Source: Candidatus Rokuibacteriota bacterium (lineage in GTDB: Bacteria; Methylomirabilota; Methylomirabilia; Rokubacteriales; CSP1-6). Taken from it: a stretch of DNA of 20,019 nt. A program made the translations under genes and the position numbers. Shown one piece after another: positions 1 through 8,688 of this stretch (the stretch's first letter is position 1; the number at the start of each line of letters is the position of its first letter). The stretch covers positions 1 through 20,019 of the forward strand of contig JACPCX010000130.1 in assembly GCA_016184305.1 (NCBI GenBank), in the 5' to 3' direction. Under the pieces are notes generated by a model. It was not told the DNA's origin and did not search any database. It saw only the letters and a list, made by a program, of their open reading frames with translations.

Positions 1-1
1 G

Positions 2-631
2 GCGTATGTCGTCGAGGGCTTCAAGAACGAGATGCCGGACCCGACGCGGCCGCCGATCTCGCTCAAGCCCGAGGAGCTCCGGGCGGTGATCCTCTATCTT
101 CAGACCCTCGGCGGCGAGCCGGACGTCGCCGCCATCAAGCTGCCCGAGCGGCTCCTCGCCGCCGCCAGGGGGGCGCCGGCGAGGGAGGAGTGGAAGCCCT
201 ACCTGCCCGGCGATCCGGCCAAGGGGGAGAAGCTCTTCTTCGATGCGGACTCCAACGCCGCCTGCGGCAAGTGCCACGCCGTGAAGGACCGGGGCGGCAA
301 GGTGGGGCCCGAGCTGACCCAGGTGGCGGGGACCCGCGACCCGGTGTTCATCATCGAGTCCATCCTCGATCCCTCCAAGGAGATCGCCTCGGGATACGAG
401 CCGGTGCTCATCGTGACCAAGGACAACCGCTACATCACCGGGATCGTCAAGAAGGATGACGCGGCGCAGGTCGAGGTGATGGACAACCAGGCAGAGATCC
501 AGAAGATCGCCAAGGCCGAGATCCAGCAGCGGGCGCCGCAGAAGACCTCCCTCATGCCGGGCAACTTCAAGGAGATCCTGACCGTGGAGGAGTTCCACGA
601 TCTCCTCGCCTACGTGTTGACGCTCCGATGA
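2..631 (+). CDS. c-type cytochrome, 3' part (5'-truncated by window edge); putative heme-binding domain
   Basis: Frame is open from base 2 (AYVVEGFKNEMPDP..., typical of the Met-ligand end of a preceding cytochrome c domain). Contains CxxCH (CGKCH), GPELT, IIESILDPSKEI and distal SLMP. Stop TGA at 629-631. Confidence 0.85.
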   Translation, partial: AYVVEGFKNEMPDPTRPPISLKPEELRAVILYLQTLGGEPDVAAIKLPERLLAAARGAPAREEWKPYLPGDPAKGEKLFFDADSNAACGKCHAVKDRGGKVGPELTQVAGTRDPVFIIESILDPSKEIASGYEPVLIVTKDNRYITGIVKKDDAAQVEVMDNQAEIQKIAKAEIQQRAPQKTSLMPGNFKEILTVEEFHDLLAYVLTLR

Positions 632-632
632 G

Positions 633-909
633 CCCGTCAGGGCGAAGAGGCCGAACCGCGACGTGAGGTCATCCACATTCAGGCGACCCCGATGAGGCCG
701 CGGTTGACAGGACGCCCCGATGAGCCCCATGAGGGCGAAGAGGCCCAACCGCAAACCGAGATCATCCACATTCAGGCGAGAAGAAGAGACCCCGTCAGGG
801 CGAAGAGGCCCAACCGCAACCTGTGGTCATCTACATTCAGGCGAGATGAACAGACCCCATGAGCGCGAAGAGGACGAACCGCCAACCGAGATCATCCACA
901 TTCAGGCGT
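633..909. repeat. Four imperfect 54-nt direct repeats (633-686, 726-779, 791-844, 856-909)
   Basis: Ungapped consensus CCC(G/A)T(C/G)AGGGCGAAGAGGCC.AACCGC.A...G.G(G/A)TCATCCACATTCAGGCGA. Hand-counted mismatches: R1/R3 5, R2/R4 5, R1/R2 8, R2/R3 7. Start-to-start spacing 93, 65, 65. Confidence 0.95.
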
Positions 910-914
910 GACAC

Positions 915-3281
915 ATGAAACGAGTCCCCCTCTTCTGGAACGTCGTCACGGCCGTGGTCGTGGTCTGGGTGTGTCTCGCCTACGTGGTGCCCTACGCGGC
1001 CATGTGGGTGACGGGCCGGGACCGACCCCTGCCCATCCCCGGCGCCGTCTTCGCCATCTACCTCGTCCTCACCCTCGTCGGCTCGGCGGTGTACGTCACA
1101 ATCAGCGACGAGTCCATCCGTGAGTTCCTGCGGCCCCTGCTCGCCTTCCTCCGGGGCCCCGAGCCCGGCGCGCGCCGGGCGGGGGCGCTCAGGAGGGGGC
1201 GTCTGGTCGTTCTCTTGGCGGCCCCCCTCATGGCGGGCGGCGTCGTCTACGCGCGGGCCCTGCCGCAGGCGCAGAGCCCCACGAGCCTCAGGATCCAGCA
1301 CCCCACCATCCCCGGCGCCTACGAGCGGCTGAAGAATCCATTCCGCGAGCCCGGCGAGGAGGCCGTCAGGAAGTGGATGGCCGAGACGAAGGCCACGGGG
1401 AGCCCCGAGGACGGACGGCGCGCCTACAGCGAGGCCGCGCTCCTCGAAGGGCGCGTGATGTTCCAGGTCAACTGCCGGCCCTGCCACGGCGACGCTGCTG
1501 ACGGCGCGGGGCCCATGGCCTGGGGCTTCAGGCTCAAGCCCGCCAACTTCACCGACCCGGGTATGATCGCCACCGTCGTCGAGGCCTACGCCTTCTGGCG
1601 CGTCACCGAGGGCGGGCCCGGGCTGCCACCCTCGGGAAGCCCGTGGGACTCGGCCATGCCCATCTGGAAGCAGGACCTGACTGACGAGCAGAAGTGGAAG
1701 GCGGTCATGGCGGCCTACGATCTGGCCGGGGTGGAGCCGAGAAAGCCAGAGAAACTGCACTCGTCGCTGATCGTCGCCAGAGCCGAGGCGCAGGCGGCGC
1801 CGCCCCCGGACACGCCAGAGAACCTCGGCAAGGGGCAAGCGATCTACGTCAAGCGCTGCCTCGTCTGCCACGGAGACAAGGGCGACGGCAAGGGGCCGGT
1901 GGCGCCCTATCTCGAGCCGCGCCCGCGCGACTTCATCGCGGCGTCCTTCAAGTTCCGCACGACCCAGTCGGGCGAGCCGCCCACCGACGAGGACCTCTTC
2001 CGCATCGTCACCCGCGGCGTGCCCGGCACCGCCATGGCGGGCTGGACCACGCTGTCCGAGCAGGACCGATGGCTCGTGATCGGCTACATCAAGAAGTTCA
2101 GCGATGTGTTCACGGAGAAGGGGACCGTCGTCAAGCCGGCGAAGGAGGTCGCCGCCTCCGCGGAGGTCATCGCCAAGGGGAAGGACGTCTACAAGCGGGC
2201 CAAGTGCTGGGAGTGCCACGGCCAGGAGGGGCGGGGGGACGGCGAGGCCGCCCCCAAGCTCAAGGACGACGCGGGCGACCGGATCCGGGCCGCCCAACTC
2301 ACCAAGGGCTGGCGCATCAAGGGCGGACGGGAGGCGCGCGACATCTTCATGCGCTTCTCCACGGGCATGGACGGCACCCCCATGCCATCCTTCGCCGACT
2401 CGCTCAACGAGGAGGACCGCTGGGCGCTGGCCCACTACGTCAAGTCGCTCCAGACCGTCGAGGAGCCGGGCGACCCGGTGGTCCTCCGGGCCACGCGGCT
2501 GGCCGGCCCGCTTCCCGGCGACCCCGACGATGCGCGGTGGGCGAAGGCCCCCTTCCTCGGCGTGCCGCTGGCGGGGCAGGTGCTGGCCAGGCCGCGCTGG
2601 CAGAACCACTCGGTGGATGCCGTCACCGTGCGCGCCTACTACAACGACACGGCCATCGCCTTCCTGCTCGAGTGGGACGACCGCTCCAGGGACACCGACC
2701 ACCAGCCCGGACCTGAGGCCGAACTGAAGGAGGCCACCTACCCGCTGCGCGATCTCACTCCCGGGCCCGGGGACAAACTCCGCGACGCGATCCGCCTCCA
2801 GTTCCCCGTCGCGGTCCCCGTCGGGCCCGAGCGGCCGCACTTCTTCCTCGGCAATGCGGGCAAGCCCGTGTCGCTCTGGCACTGGCAGGCGGATCTCGAC
2901 GCGGCGGGCAAGAACCCGGTGGTGAAGGAACTGGCCGACGGGTTCCAGAAGCCAGTCCGTCTGCAGACCGACTCCGGCCAGGACGTGGCGGGCAAGGGCG
3001 TGTGGAAGGACGGGCGCTGGAAGGTCGTGATGACCCGGCCGCTCGTCCCCAAGGAGCGCGACCGCGACGTGACCTTCGAGCCGGGCCGGCTCATCCCCTT
3101 CGCCGTCCATGCCTGGGACGGGGCCAACGGCGAGCGGGGGCTCATGATGGCGCTCTCGTCCTGGGCCTACGTGGTGCTGGAGGCTCCGGTCTCGGCGTGG
3201 GCCTATCTCTCCTCCCTGCTGGCGGTATGTGTCGTGGGGCTCGTGGAGGCGTGGGTGGTCCGCCGCGTCCGGCGGGCATAG
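915..3281 (+). CDS. Membrane-anchored triheme c-type cytochrome with C-terminal ethylbenzene dehydrogenase gamma-like (DOMON/EB_dh) domain
   Basis: 788 aa. About three N-terminal hydrophobic helices; CxxCH motifs CRPCH, CLVCH, CWECH, each with a downstream Met (SAMP, TAMA, TPMP); EbdC-like motifs (FLLEWDD, SLWHWQAD, GVWKDGRWKVVMTRPL, AVHAWDG); C-terminal TM helix. Confidence 0.85.
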   Translation: MKRVPLFWNVVTAVVVVWVCLAYVVPYAAMWVTGRDRPLPIPGAVFAIYLVLTLVGSAVYVTISDESIREFLRPLLAFLRGPEPGARRAGALRRGRLVVLLAAPLMAGGVVYARALPQAQSPTSLRIQHPTIPGAYERLKNPFREPGEEAVRKWMAETKATGSPEDGRRAYSEAALLEGRVMFQVNCRPCHGDAADGAGPMAWGFRLKPANFTDPGMIATVVEAYAFWRVTEGGPGLPPSGSPWDSAMPIWKQDLTDEQKWKAVMAAYDLAGVEPRKPEKLHSSLIVARAEAQAAPPPDTPENLGKGQAIYVKRCLVCHGDKGDGKGPVAPYLEPRPRDFIAASFKFRTTQSGEPPTDEDLFRIVTRGVPGTAMAGWTTLSEQDRWLVIGYIKKFSDVFTEKGTVVKPAKEVAASAEVIAKGKDVYKRAKCWECHGQEGRGDGEAAPKLKDDAGDRIRAAQLTKGWRIKGGREARDIFMRFSTGMDGTPMPSFADSLNEEDRWALAHYVKSLQTVEEPGDPVVLRATRLAGPLPGDPDDARWAKAPFLGVPLAGQVLARPRWQNHSVDAVTVRAYYNDTAIAFLLEWDDRSRDTDHQPGPEAELKEATYPLRDLTPGPGDKLRDAIRLQFPVAVPVGPERPHFFLGNAGKPVSLWHWQADLDAAGKNPVVKELADGFQKPVRLQTDSGQDVAGKGVWKDGRWKVVMTRPLVPKERDRDVTFEPGRLIPFAVHAWDGANGERGLMMALSSWAYVVLEAPVSAWAYLSSLLAVCVVGLVEAWVVRRVRRA

Positions 3282-3309
3282 GGTTGCGGCGGAAAGGGGA
3301 AGCTGCCGA

Positions 3310-3741
3310 ATGGCGACGAGCGAGGAGAAGTTCAGTCAGGCCGCTTGGTGCTACTTCACCTACGGCGTCGTCTACTGGCTCGGCGGGGTGTATCTCGCGG
3401 CCCACGGCATCGGCGCCGGTCGCGGGCTCGTCTGGCTCGCCTTGGGCGCCGTCTTCGTGGCCCTGTTCCCGTGGCTCATAGCCCGCGGCCCGCGGGGAGC
3501 GGGCTATCTCTGGTTCGTCCGGGTGCTGAGCGTGGTCGTGCTCTGGCGGGCGATCATGGTGGGGCGAGTGGCTGTCGAGCCGCGGTTCCCCTCGGTCCCG
3601 CTGCCCGGTGGCGGCGCCTTGCCCATGCGCGCCGCCGCCGCGGTCTTTCTCGTCATCACGCTGGCCACGGCGGCGATGCTGGCGCGCGCCGCCTGGAGCC
3701 GGCGCACGCCGGTGGTATCATCGGCGCGCGGCCATGACTGA
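3310..3741 (+). CDS. Hypothetical integral membrane protein (about 4 TM helices)
   Basis: ATG 3310 after purine-rich AAAGGGGA; 143 aa with four hydrophobic segments; stop overlaps the start of the next gene (ATGACTGA). Confidence 0.7.
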   Translation: MATSEEKFSQAAWCYFTYGVVYWLGGVYLAAHGIGAGRGLVWLALGAVFVALFPWLIARGPRGAGYLWFVRVLSVVVLWRAIMVGRVAVEPRFPSVPLPGGGALPMRAAAAVFLVITLATAAMLARAAWSRRTPVVSSARGHD

Positions 3742-4489
3742 CATCGTGTGGACCGACGAGGCCCGGCGCCGCGTGGACAGCGCCCCGCCCTTTGTCCGCC
3801 CCGGCATCCTCAAGCTGATGCCGCTGCGCGCCCGGGAGCGGGGCCGCACCGTGATCACCTCGGAGTTCCTCACCGAGATCCGGAACGAGTCGATGCTGCG
3901 GGTGGCCAAGTGCATCAGGGGCTTCGGCTTCGAGGAATTGTCCATGGCGGCCTTCGAGGTGGCCAAGGCCAAGATGCGCAAGCTCCCCCACAAGGTCGAG
4001 GCGATCGAGGAGATCAAGGCGTTCCTCGACGCTCGCGTCGAGAAGAACGAGATGGTCCTCGCCAAGTTCAGCCGCTATCTCCAGATGATCCCCGAGCGGG
4101 GGCTGCCGTGGACCGAGGAGGCGCTGGCCCGGGTGCAGCGGGCGCCGGCCTTCGTCCAGGGGATAGCCCGGAGCGCCATCGAGGAGGAGGCCCGGCGCCG
4201 GAAGGAGCCCGTCGTGACCCCCGAGGCGGTCGAGGCGGTGATGGGCTCGATCGCCTCGGGCGCCGCGCCTTCGGCATCGCCTCAGGCGGAGCGATCGGCC
4301 GAGCTGCTCCACGGACTCACCATGCTCTGGGAGGCGGCCGCCGAGGAGCGGCTCCGGCGCATCCCGATCCCCGCCGTCAGGGGCATGGTGATCCGGAAGG
4401 TCGAGGCCCATGCCCAGGCCCAAGGGCTCACGGTGGTGGACCTGGCCGCCTACGAGGCCGCCCTCGCGGGGGAATTCCCTCGACCCTGA
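3734..4489 (+). CDS. PCP reductase-like (PCP_red, BchB C-terminal-type) repeat protein
   Basis: 251 aa from ATG 3734. Three copies of the W-T/E-x-E/A-A...R-x-P-x-F/A-V-R motif: WTDEARRRVDSAPPFVR, WTEEALARVQRAPAFVQ, WEAAAEERLRRIPIPAVR. Confidence 0.8.
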   Translation: MTDIVWTDEARRRVDSAPPFVRPGILKLMPLRARERGRTVITSEFLTEIRNESMLRVAKCIRGFGFEELSMAAFEVAKAKMRKLPHKVEAIEEIKAFLDARVEKNEMVLAKFSRYLQMIPERGLPWTEEALARVQRAPAFVQGIARSAIEEEARRRKEPVVTPEAVEAVMGSIASGAAPSASPQAERSAELLHGLTMLWEAAAEERLRRIPIPAVRGMVIRKVEAHAQAQGLTVVDLAAYEAALAGEFPRP

Positions 4490-4721
4490 AATCGGGGGCG
4501 CTCCCGCGTGTCAGCAGTGTCGTCGGTCCGTTCCGAAGTGTGGTCTTCCGTGGGGACGCCTGTCCGCCGCCTGGTCTCACCCACGACTGCGCAGAGCACT
4601 GCGCTCCCGACCTGTGAACCACCGTGCGCATCCGCGTCCCCCTCTGGCCGCGCCGGCGCTGCAACCCCTGGGAAACCCTGCACATGGCCGATGTCTGGCA
4701 CTCTCCGCGGGACGAGGCCCG

Positions 4722-4738
4722 CTGGCATGCGTATTGCC
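4722..4738 (+). promoter_or_regulatory. Putative sigma54 (-24/-12) promoter
   Basis: CTGGCATGCGTATTGCC matches YTGGCACG-N4-TTGCW with exact GG-N10-GC spacing. Lies about 60 nt upstream of the cupredoxin start, and a sigma54 activator is encoded three genes downstream. Confidence 0.75.
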
Positions 4739-4794
4739 CCGGTGGAGGGTATCAGGCGGGAAACGTTCGCGACAACGGGGCAAAGAGGAGGGGC

Positions 4795-5280
4795 ATGGCC
4801 ATGACGCGGAGGACACGGTCGATTCTGCTGTGGGGCATCACTGTGACCGGCATAGCGCTCTTGGGGCTTTCCTTGGGGGCGCAGGCAGCTGAGGAGCGCG
4901 TGATCCACATGGCGCTCATCGAGCCCAAGGGGGGTGTGACGGTGGACAAGGAGCCGTACCCGACCGCGGAGCTCCCCAAGGGTGGCGGCTATGTGAAGAA
5001 GGCTCCCGATCCCAGCGGACGCTGGGAGGTGTCGGTGTACCAGTTCTCTCCCGCCACCATCGTCGTGAAGCAGGGGGACCGCGTGACGCTCGAGATGGTC
5101 GGGATCAACGGGGCCAAGCACTCGGTGCACGTGGACAAGTACCGTCCCGATCACGTCCTGGTGAAGCGGGGGGAGATCGCCCGCATCCAGTTCACCGCGG
5201 ACACGCCGGGGACGTTCAAGATCCACTGCCAGGAGCACGAGCCGAGCATGGAGGGCCTCCTCGTCGTCCTGCCCCGCTGA
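4795..5280 (+). CDS. Periplasmic cupredoxin (type-1 blue copper) domain protein
   Basis: SD GAGGAG before ATG 4795/4801 (exact start uncertain); signal peptide ending LGAQA; FSPATIVVKQGDRVTL strand; upstream His (AKHS) and C-x2-H-x3-M (CQEHEPSM) copper ligands. Confidence 0.88.
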   Translation: MAMTRRTRSILLWGITVTGIALLGLSLGAQAAEERVIHMALIEPKGGVTVDKEPYPTAELPKGGGYVKKAPDPSGRWEVSVYQFSPATIVVKQGDRVTLEMVGINGAKHSVHVDKYRPDHVLVKRGEIARIQFTADTPGTFKIHCQEHEPSMEGLLVVLPR

Positions 5281-5301
5281 GACCGAGCGGGGGCGTGCGG
5301 G

Positions 5302-6966
5302 ATGACGGCCTGCACCGGTCGCCACAGCGCTTGGATACCGGGGGCCGCGCTCGTTCTCGGTTTCCTGGCGCTAGGCCCGTTCGCCGCCTCGTCCGGGGGG
5401 CAGGCGGTCCCGGCAGCGGGAGACCCGCAGCAAGGTGAGTTGCTCTTTCGCCGCTACTGCGCCGTCTGTCATGGGGCTGGCGGCGCAGGGGACGGCCCCA
5501 ATGCGCCGTTCCTCGAAGAGGATCAGCCCCGGGACCTGACCAACTCGCGCTATCTGGGGCGGCTCAGCGACGAGCACCTCGTGCGGGTGATCACGGAGGG
5601 TGGGCAGGCCATCCAGGGATCGCGGTTCATGCCGTCCTGGGGGCGGACGCTCTCCTCCACTCAGATCCGGGACCTCGTCGCCTATGTCCGCAAGCTGGCC
5701 GCGCCGGGCGCTTCTGCTCCGGCAGCGGGACCTTCCGCTGGCGCCATCCTGACGCGGGAGATCGGCTGTCCCTTGTGCCACAAGATCGGCAGCCTCGAGT
5801 CGACGCCGATGGCGCCTGATCTGAGCGCGGAAGGCAGTCGGGTCCAGCGGGCCTGGCTCTTCGCCTTCCTCAAGGCGCCCCGGACGATCCGGCCAGCGGG
5901 GTATCAGCCGCTGTCGAGAGCGCGCATGCCAGACTTCCGGCTTTCGGATGAGGAGGCGGCGAGCCTTGCGGAGTACTTGCTGTCCAGGCGGGACGGACTC
6001 GCCACGGACGGGGTCGAGCCCGTGCCCTCCGCAAACACGATGCTGCAGGGGCGGGACCTCTTCCGGCAGCACGCTTGTCGCGCGTGCCACAAGATGGATG
6101 GCGTGGGCGGCAGGGCGGGACCCGATCTGTCAGCGGTGGCCCAGCGGCTCAAGCCGGGGTGGACGATGCGCTTCATCCAGGACCCGCAGGCCATCGATCC
6201 CCTGGTCCCGATGCCGCATCTCGGCGTCCCGGAGGAGCCGGCACGGGCGATCACGCACTTCCTGTTCGGCGGGGTTCTCCCGCAGCCCGAGGCTCCGCCC
6301 GGCGCCGAGGCGGCAGCCCGGGGCGCGGACCTTTTCCGGGCGTTGGGATGCGCGAGATGCCACGATCGCGAGCGTGCCGAGGTCGCGAGTGGCTTCGCCC
6401 CCGACCTCAGCGGGGCGGGCGACAAGCTCAGGCCAGAGTGGCTCGCGGGATTCCTCAGGCGGCCTGCCACGATACGGCCGTGGCTCGGGGCGCGCATGCC
6501 CGGCTTTCGCCTGGACGAGGCGGAGCTCCGGGCACTCGTCGGGTTCATCGGAGATCTCAAAGACCCGACAGCGGCGCCACTGGCCGCGCAGCGGCAGTTC
6601 GCCGGGACGATCTCGGAGGCGAATGTCCGGGCCGGGCGTCGGCTGGCCTCTCGGGAGTTCCTGTCCTGCTCCTCCTGTCACATCGGCGAGGAGCAGCCGG
6701 AGGGAAATCCGGACGAGTGGGCGCCCGATTTGCGGGTCGCGGGAAGACGGCTCAATCCCGACTGGATCGTCCGCTGGTTTCAGGATCCGCAGCGCCTGAG
6801 CCCCGGCACCAAGATGCCGAACTTCTTCGCGGACGAGCGGTCGGGGCCCGAGGAGATTCTCGACGGGGACGAGGAGCGCCAGATGCTGGCCCTCAGGGAC
6901 TACATCCTGAGTCTTGGCGGCGTTGGCTCGCCGGAGGCCGGTCCCCCCGCTGCCCCGGCCAAGTAG
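5302..6966 (+). CDS. Pentaheme c-type cytochrome built of tandem class I cytochrome c domains
   Basis: 554 aa with a signal peptide; five CxxCH motifs (CAVCH, CPLCH, CRACH, CARCH, CSSCH), each followed by an xMP distal Met (FMP, RMP, PMP, RMP, KMP). Confidence 0.9.
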   Translation: MTACTGRHSAWIPGAALVLGFLALGPFAASSGGQAVPAAGDPQQGELLFRRYCAVCHGAGGAGDGPNAPFLEEDQPRDLTNSRYLGRLSDEHLVRVITEGGQAIQGSRFMPSWGRTLSSTQIRDLVAYVRKLAAPGASAPAAGPSAGAILTREIGCPLCHKIGSLESTPMAPDLSAEGSRVQRAWLFAFLKAPRTIRPAGYQPLSRARMPDFRLSDEEAASLAEYLLSRRDGLATDGVEPVPSANTMLQGRDLFRQHACRACHKMDGVGGRAGPDLSAVAQRLKPGWTMRFIQDPQAIDPLVPMPHLGVPEEPARAITHFLFGGVLPQPEAPPGAEAAARGADLFRALGCARCHDRERAEVASGFAPDLSGAGDKLRPEWLAGFLRRPATIRPWLGARMPGFRLDEAELRALVGFIGDLKDPTAAPLAAQRQFAGTISEANVRAGRRLASREFLSCSSCHIGEEQPEGNPDEWAPDLRVAGRRLNPDWIVRWFQDPQRLSPGTKMPNFFADERSGPEEILDGDEERQMLALRDYILSLGGVGSPEAGPPAAPAK

Positions 6967-6993
6967 GAACGGACGCTCACGACGGGGGCCCGA

Positions 6994-7016
6994 CGGGGCA
7001 GGCGATGCCTGCCCCG
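6994..7016. terminator. GC-rich hairpin after the pentaheme gene (possible terminator or REP-like stem-loop)
   Basis: CGGGGCAGGC-GAT-GCCTGCCCCG, a perfect 10-bp stem starting 28 nt after the stop. No U-tract, so function is uncertain. Confidence 0.4.
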
Positions 7017-7185
7017 CCGTGACTTGGATCTCACGATCAGGAAATGGACGAATACCGGGCGAGGATGGCGTTCTGAGGCGCCGCGGCCCCGCCGAGGGCC
7101 CTTCCAACCCGGCCCGTCCAACGACCCGCTGGTGCCCCCATCGGAGCGGGGGCTATGATCGAGACCCGGGAGGAGGGGAGACTGC

Positions 7186-8688
7186 GTGGGTGAACGGCTC
7201 TTTCAGCGCTTTTCCCTGCTGAGCGCCGGTCTCTGGGTCGGCTTCGCCCTCGTCCTGGGCGGCAGCGTCACCTATGTCGTGGAGGAGAAGATGCTGGAGC
7301 GGGCCACCCTGGCCTCCCTGGACTACTTCAAGAGCCTGGCGCGCTTCATCACGACGGACCAGGAGTTCGTCAGGCTGAAGACGGGGGCGGAGTACGGGGC
7401 GTTCGACCGGCTCATCAGGGAGAACTTCTCCACCACCCACGCGGTGACCATCAAGATCTACGACCGGTCGGGAACCACCGTCTACCACTCGCGGAATCCA
7501 GAGATCGTCGGCCGCGCCTTCCCGGACAACGCCGCGCTCCAGCGGGCGTTCCGCGGCGAGACGGTGATCGGCTTCTCCGACCTCCGGGGGAGTGAGCACC
7601 TGACCGAGCGGCAGGCGGGGTATTCGCGCCTGCTGGAGGTCTACATCCCCATCTTTCTCGAGGGGACGAGCACCATCATCGGGGCGTACGAGATCTACAG
7701 TCCCATTGACCCCTTCTACCAGAAGGTCTGGCCCCTCCGTCTCTCCGTGTGGGGCGCCGTCTTCTTCGGCCTGGCGCTGCTCTACGTGGCCCTCTCGCTG
7801 ACCTTTCGCCGGGCGTCGCGGACCATCGTCGGGCAGAACCTGGCCCTGGAGCGCAGCGCGAGGGAGCTGCGGGAGGCCTACGAGGACCTCAAGCAGGCTC
7901 AGTCCCAGCTCGTCCAGACCGAGAAGCTGGCCTCTGCCGGTCGGCTGGCGGCGGGGATGATCCACGAGATCGGCAACCCGCTGGCTTCTGTCCTCGGGTT
8001 GCTGGACCTCCAGCTCCTGTGCAAGGGGAGCGCCGAGGACCGAGCCGAGTGCCTGGACCGCACCGAGCGACTGGCGGGCGAGATCGCGCGGCTCCGCGGG
8101 CTCCTCCGAGGCCTGCTGGAGTACGCGCGCCCGGGTCCCTCGGAGGCGACCGTGCTGGATCTGAACGAAGTGGTGGAGAAATCGCTGCGGTTCGTCTTCT
8201 CTCAGAGGGACTTTGGAACCCTGACCCTTCGGAAAACGTTGGCGCCGGAGCTTCCCCCTGTGCTGGCCGACGAGTCGCTGCTCCAGCAGGTTCTGGTGAA
8301 CGTTCTCCTGAATGCGGCACAGGCCTCCCCGGCGGGCGGCTCGGTCACGGTGACCACCCGGGCCGGGAACGGCGCCGAGGCCTGGAAGGGCGACCATGCC
8401 GTGGGGCGCGTCTTCCAGCCGGGAGAGCGGACCGTGACGGTTGCGGTCTCGGACGCCGGGCCCGGAATTCCGCGCGAACACCTGGGGCGGATCTTCGAGC
8501 CGTTCTTCTCGACGAAGGGACGGGGAGAAGGGGCGGGACTCGGCCTGGCGATCTGCCACAGCATCATCGAGCTGCTCCACGGCGCTCTGGTCGTGGAGCT
8601 GGCGCCCGGCGGCGGCACCACGCTCCGCATCGTGCTTTCGGCCGCCGTGCCGGTGCCGCTCGCCGCAGAAAGCGCTCGCCATGACTGA
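7186..8688 (+). CDS. Two-component sensor histidine kinase (2 TM, periplasmic sensor domain)
   Basis: GTG start after GGAGGAGG; two TM helices flanking a Cache-like region; LVQTEKLASAGRLAAGMIHEIGNP H-box; N box QVLVNVLLNA; G1 DAGPGI; F box FEPFFSTK; G2 GAGLGL. Confidence 0.95.
   Translation: MGERLFQRFSLLSAGLWVGFALVLGGSVTYVVEEKMLERATLASLDYFKSLARFITTDQEFVRLKTGAEYGAFDRLIRENFSTTHAVTIKIYDRSGTTVYHSRNPEIVGRAFPDNAALQRAFRGETVIGFSDLRGSEHLTERQAGYSRLLEVYIPIFLEGTSTIIGAYEIYSPIDPFYQKVWPLRLSVWGAVFFGLALLYVALSLTFRRASRTIVGQNLALERSARELREAYEDLKQAQSQLVQTEKLASAGRLAAGMIHEIGNPLASVLGLLDLQLLCKGSAEDRAECLDRTERLAGEIARLRGLLRGLLEYARPGPSEATVLDLNEVVEKSLRFVFSQRDFGTLTLRKTLAPELPPVLADESLLQQVLVNVLLNAAQASPAGGSVTVTTRAGNGAEAWKGDHAVGRVFQPGERTVTVAVSDAGPGIPREHLGRIFEPFFSTKGRGEGAGLGLAICHSIIELLHGALVVELAPGGGTTLRIVLSAAVPVPLAAESARHD

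Noticed and set aside
625..740. Hammerhead-ribozyme-like core CCGATGA-GCCC-loop-GGGC-GAAG at 625-647 and 717-740
   Set aside because: Differs from CUGANGA...GAAA at two conserved positions, no convincing stems I and III were found, and repeat copies 3 and 4 lack it.
633..909. CRISPR array interpretation of the repeats
   Set aside because: Repeats are 54 nt and divergent, spacers are 39/11/11 nt, and no cas genes are present in the window.
720..911. 63-aa ORF across the repeats
   Set aside because: It reads each repeat in a different frame because of the 65-nt period, so it is probably incidental.
5302..6966. Pentaheme nitrite reductase NrfA or NrfB
   Set aside because: No CxxCK motif, and the hemes sit in separate class I domains with Met ligands rather than a compact bis-His arrangement.
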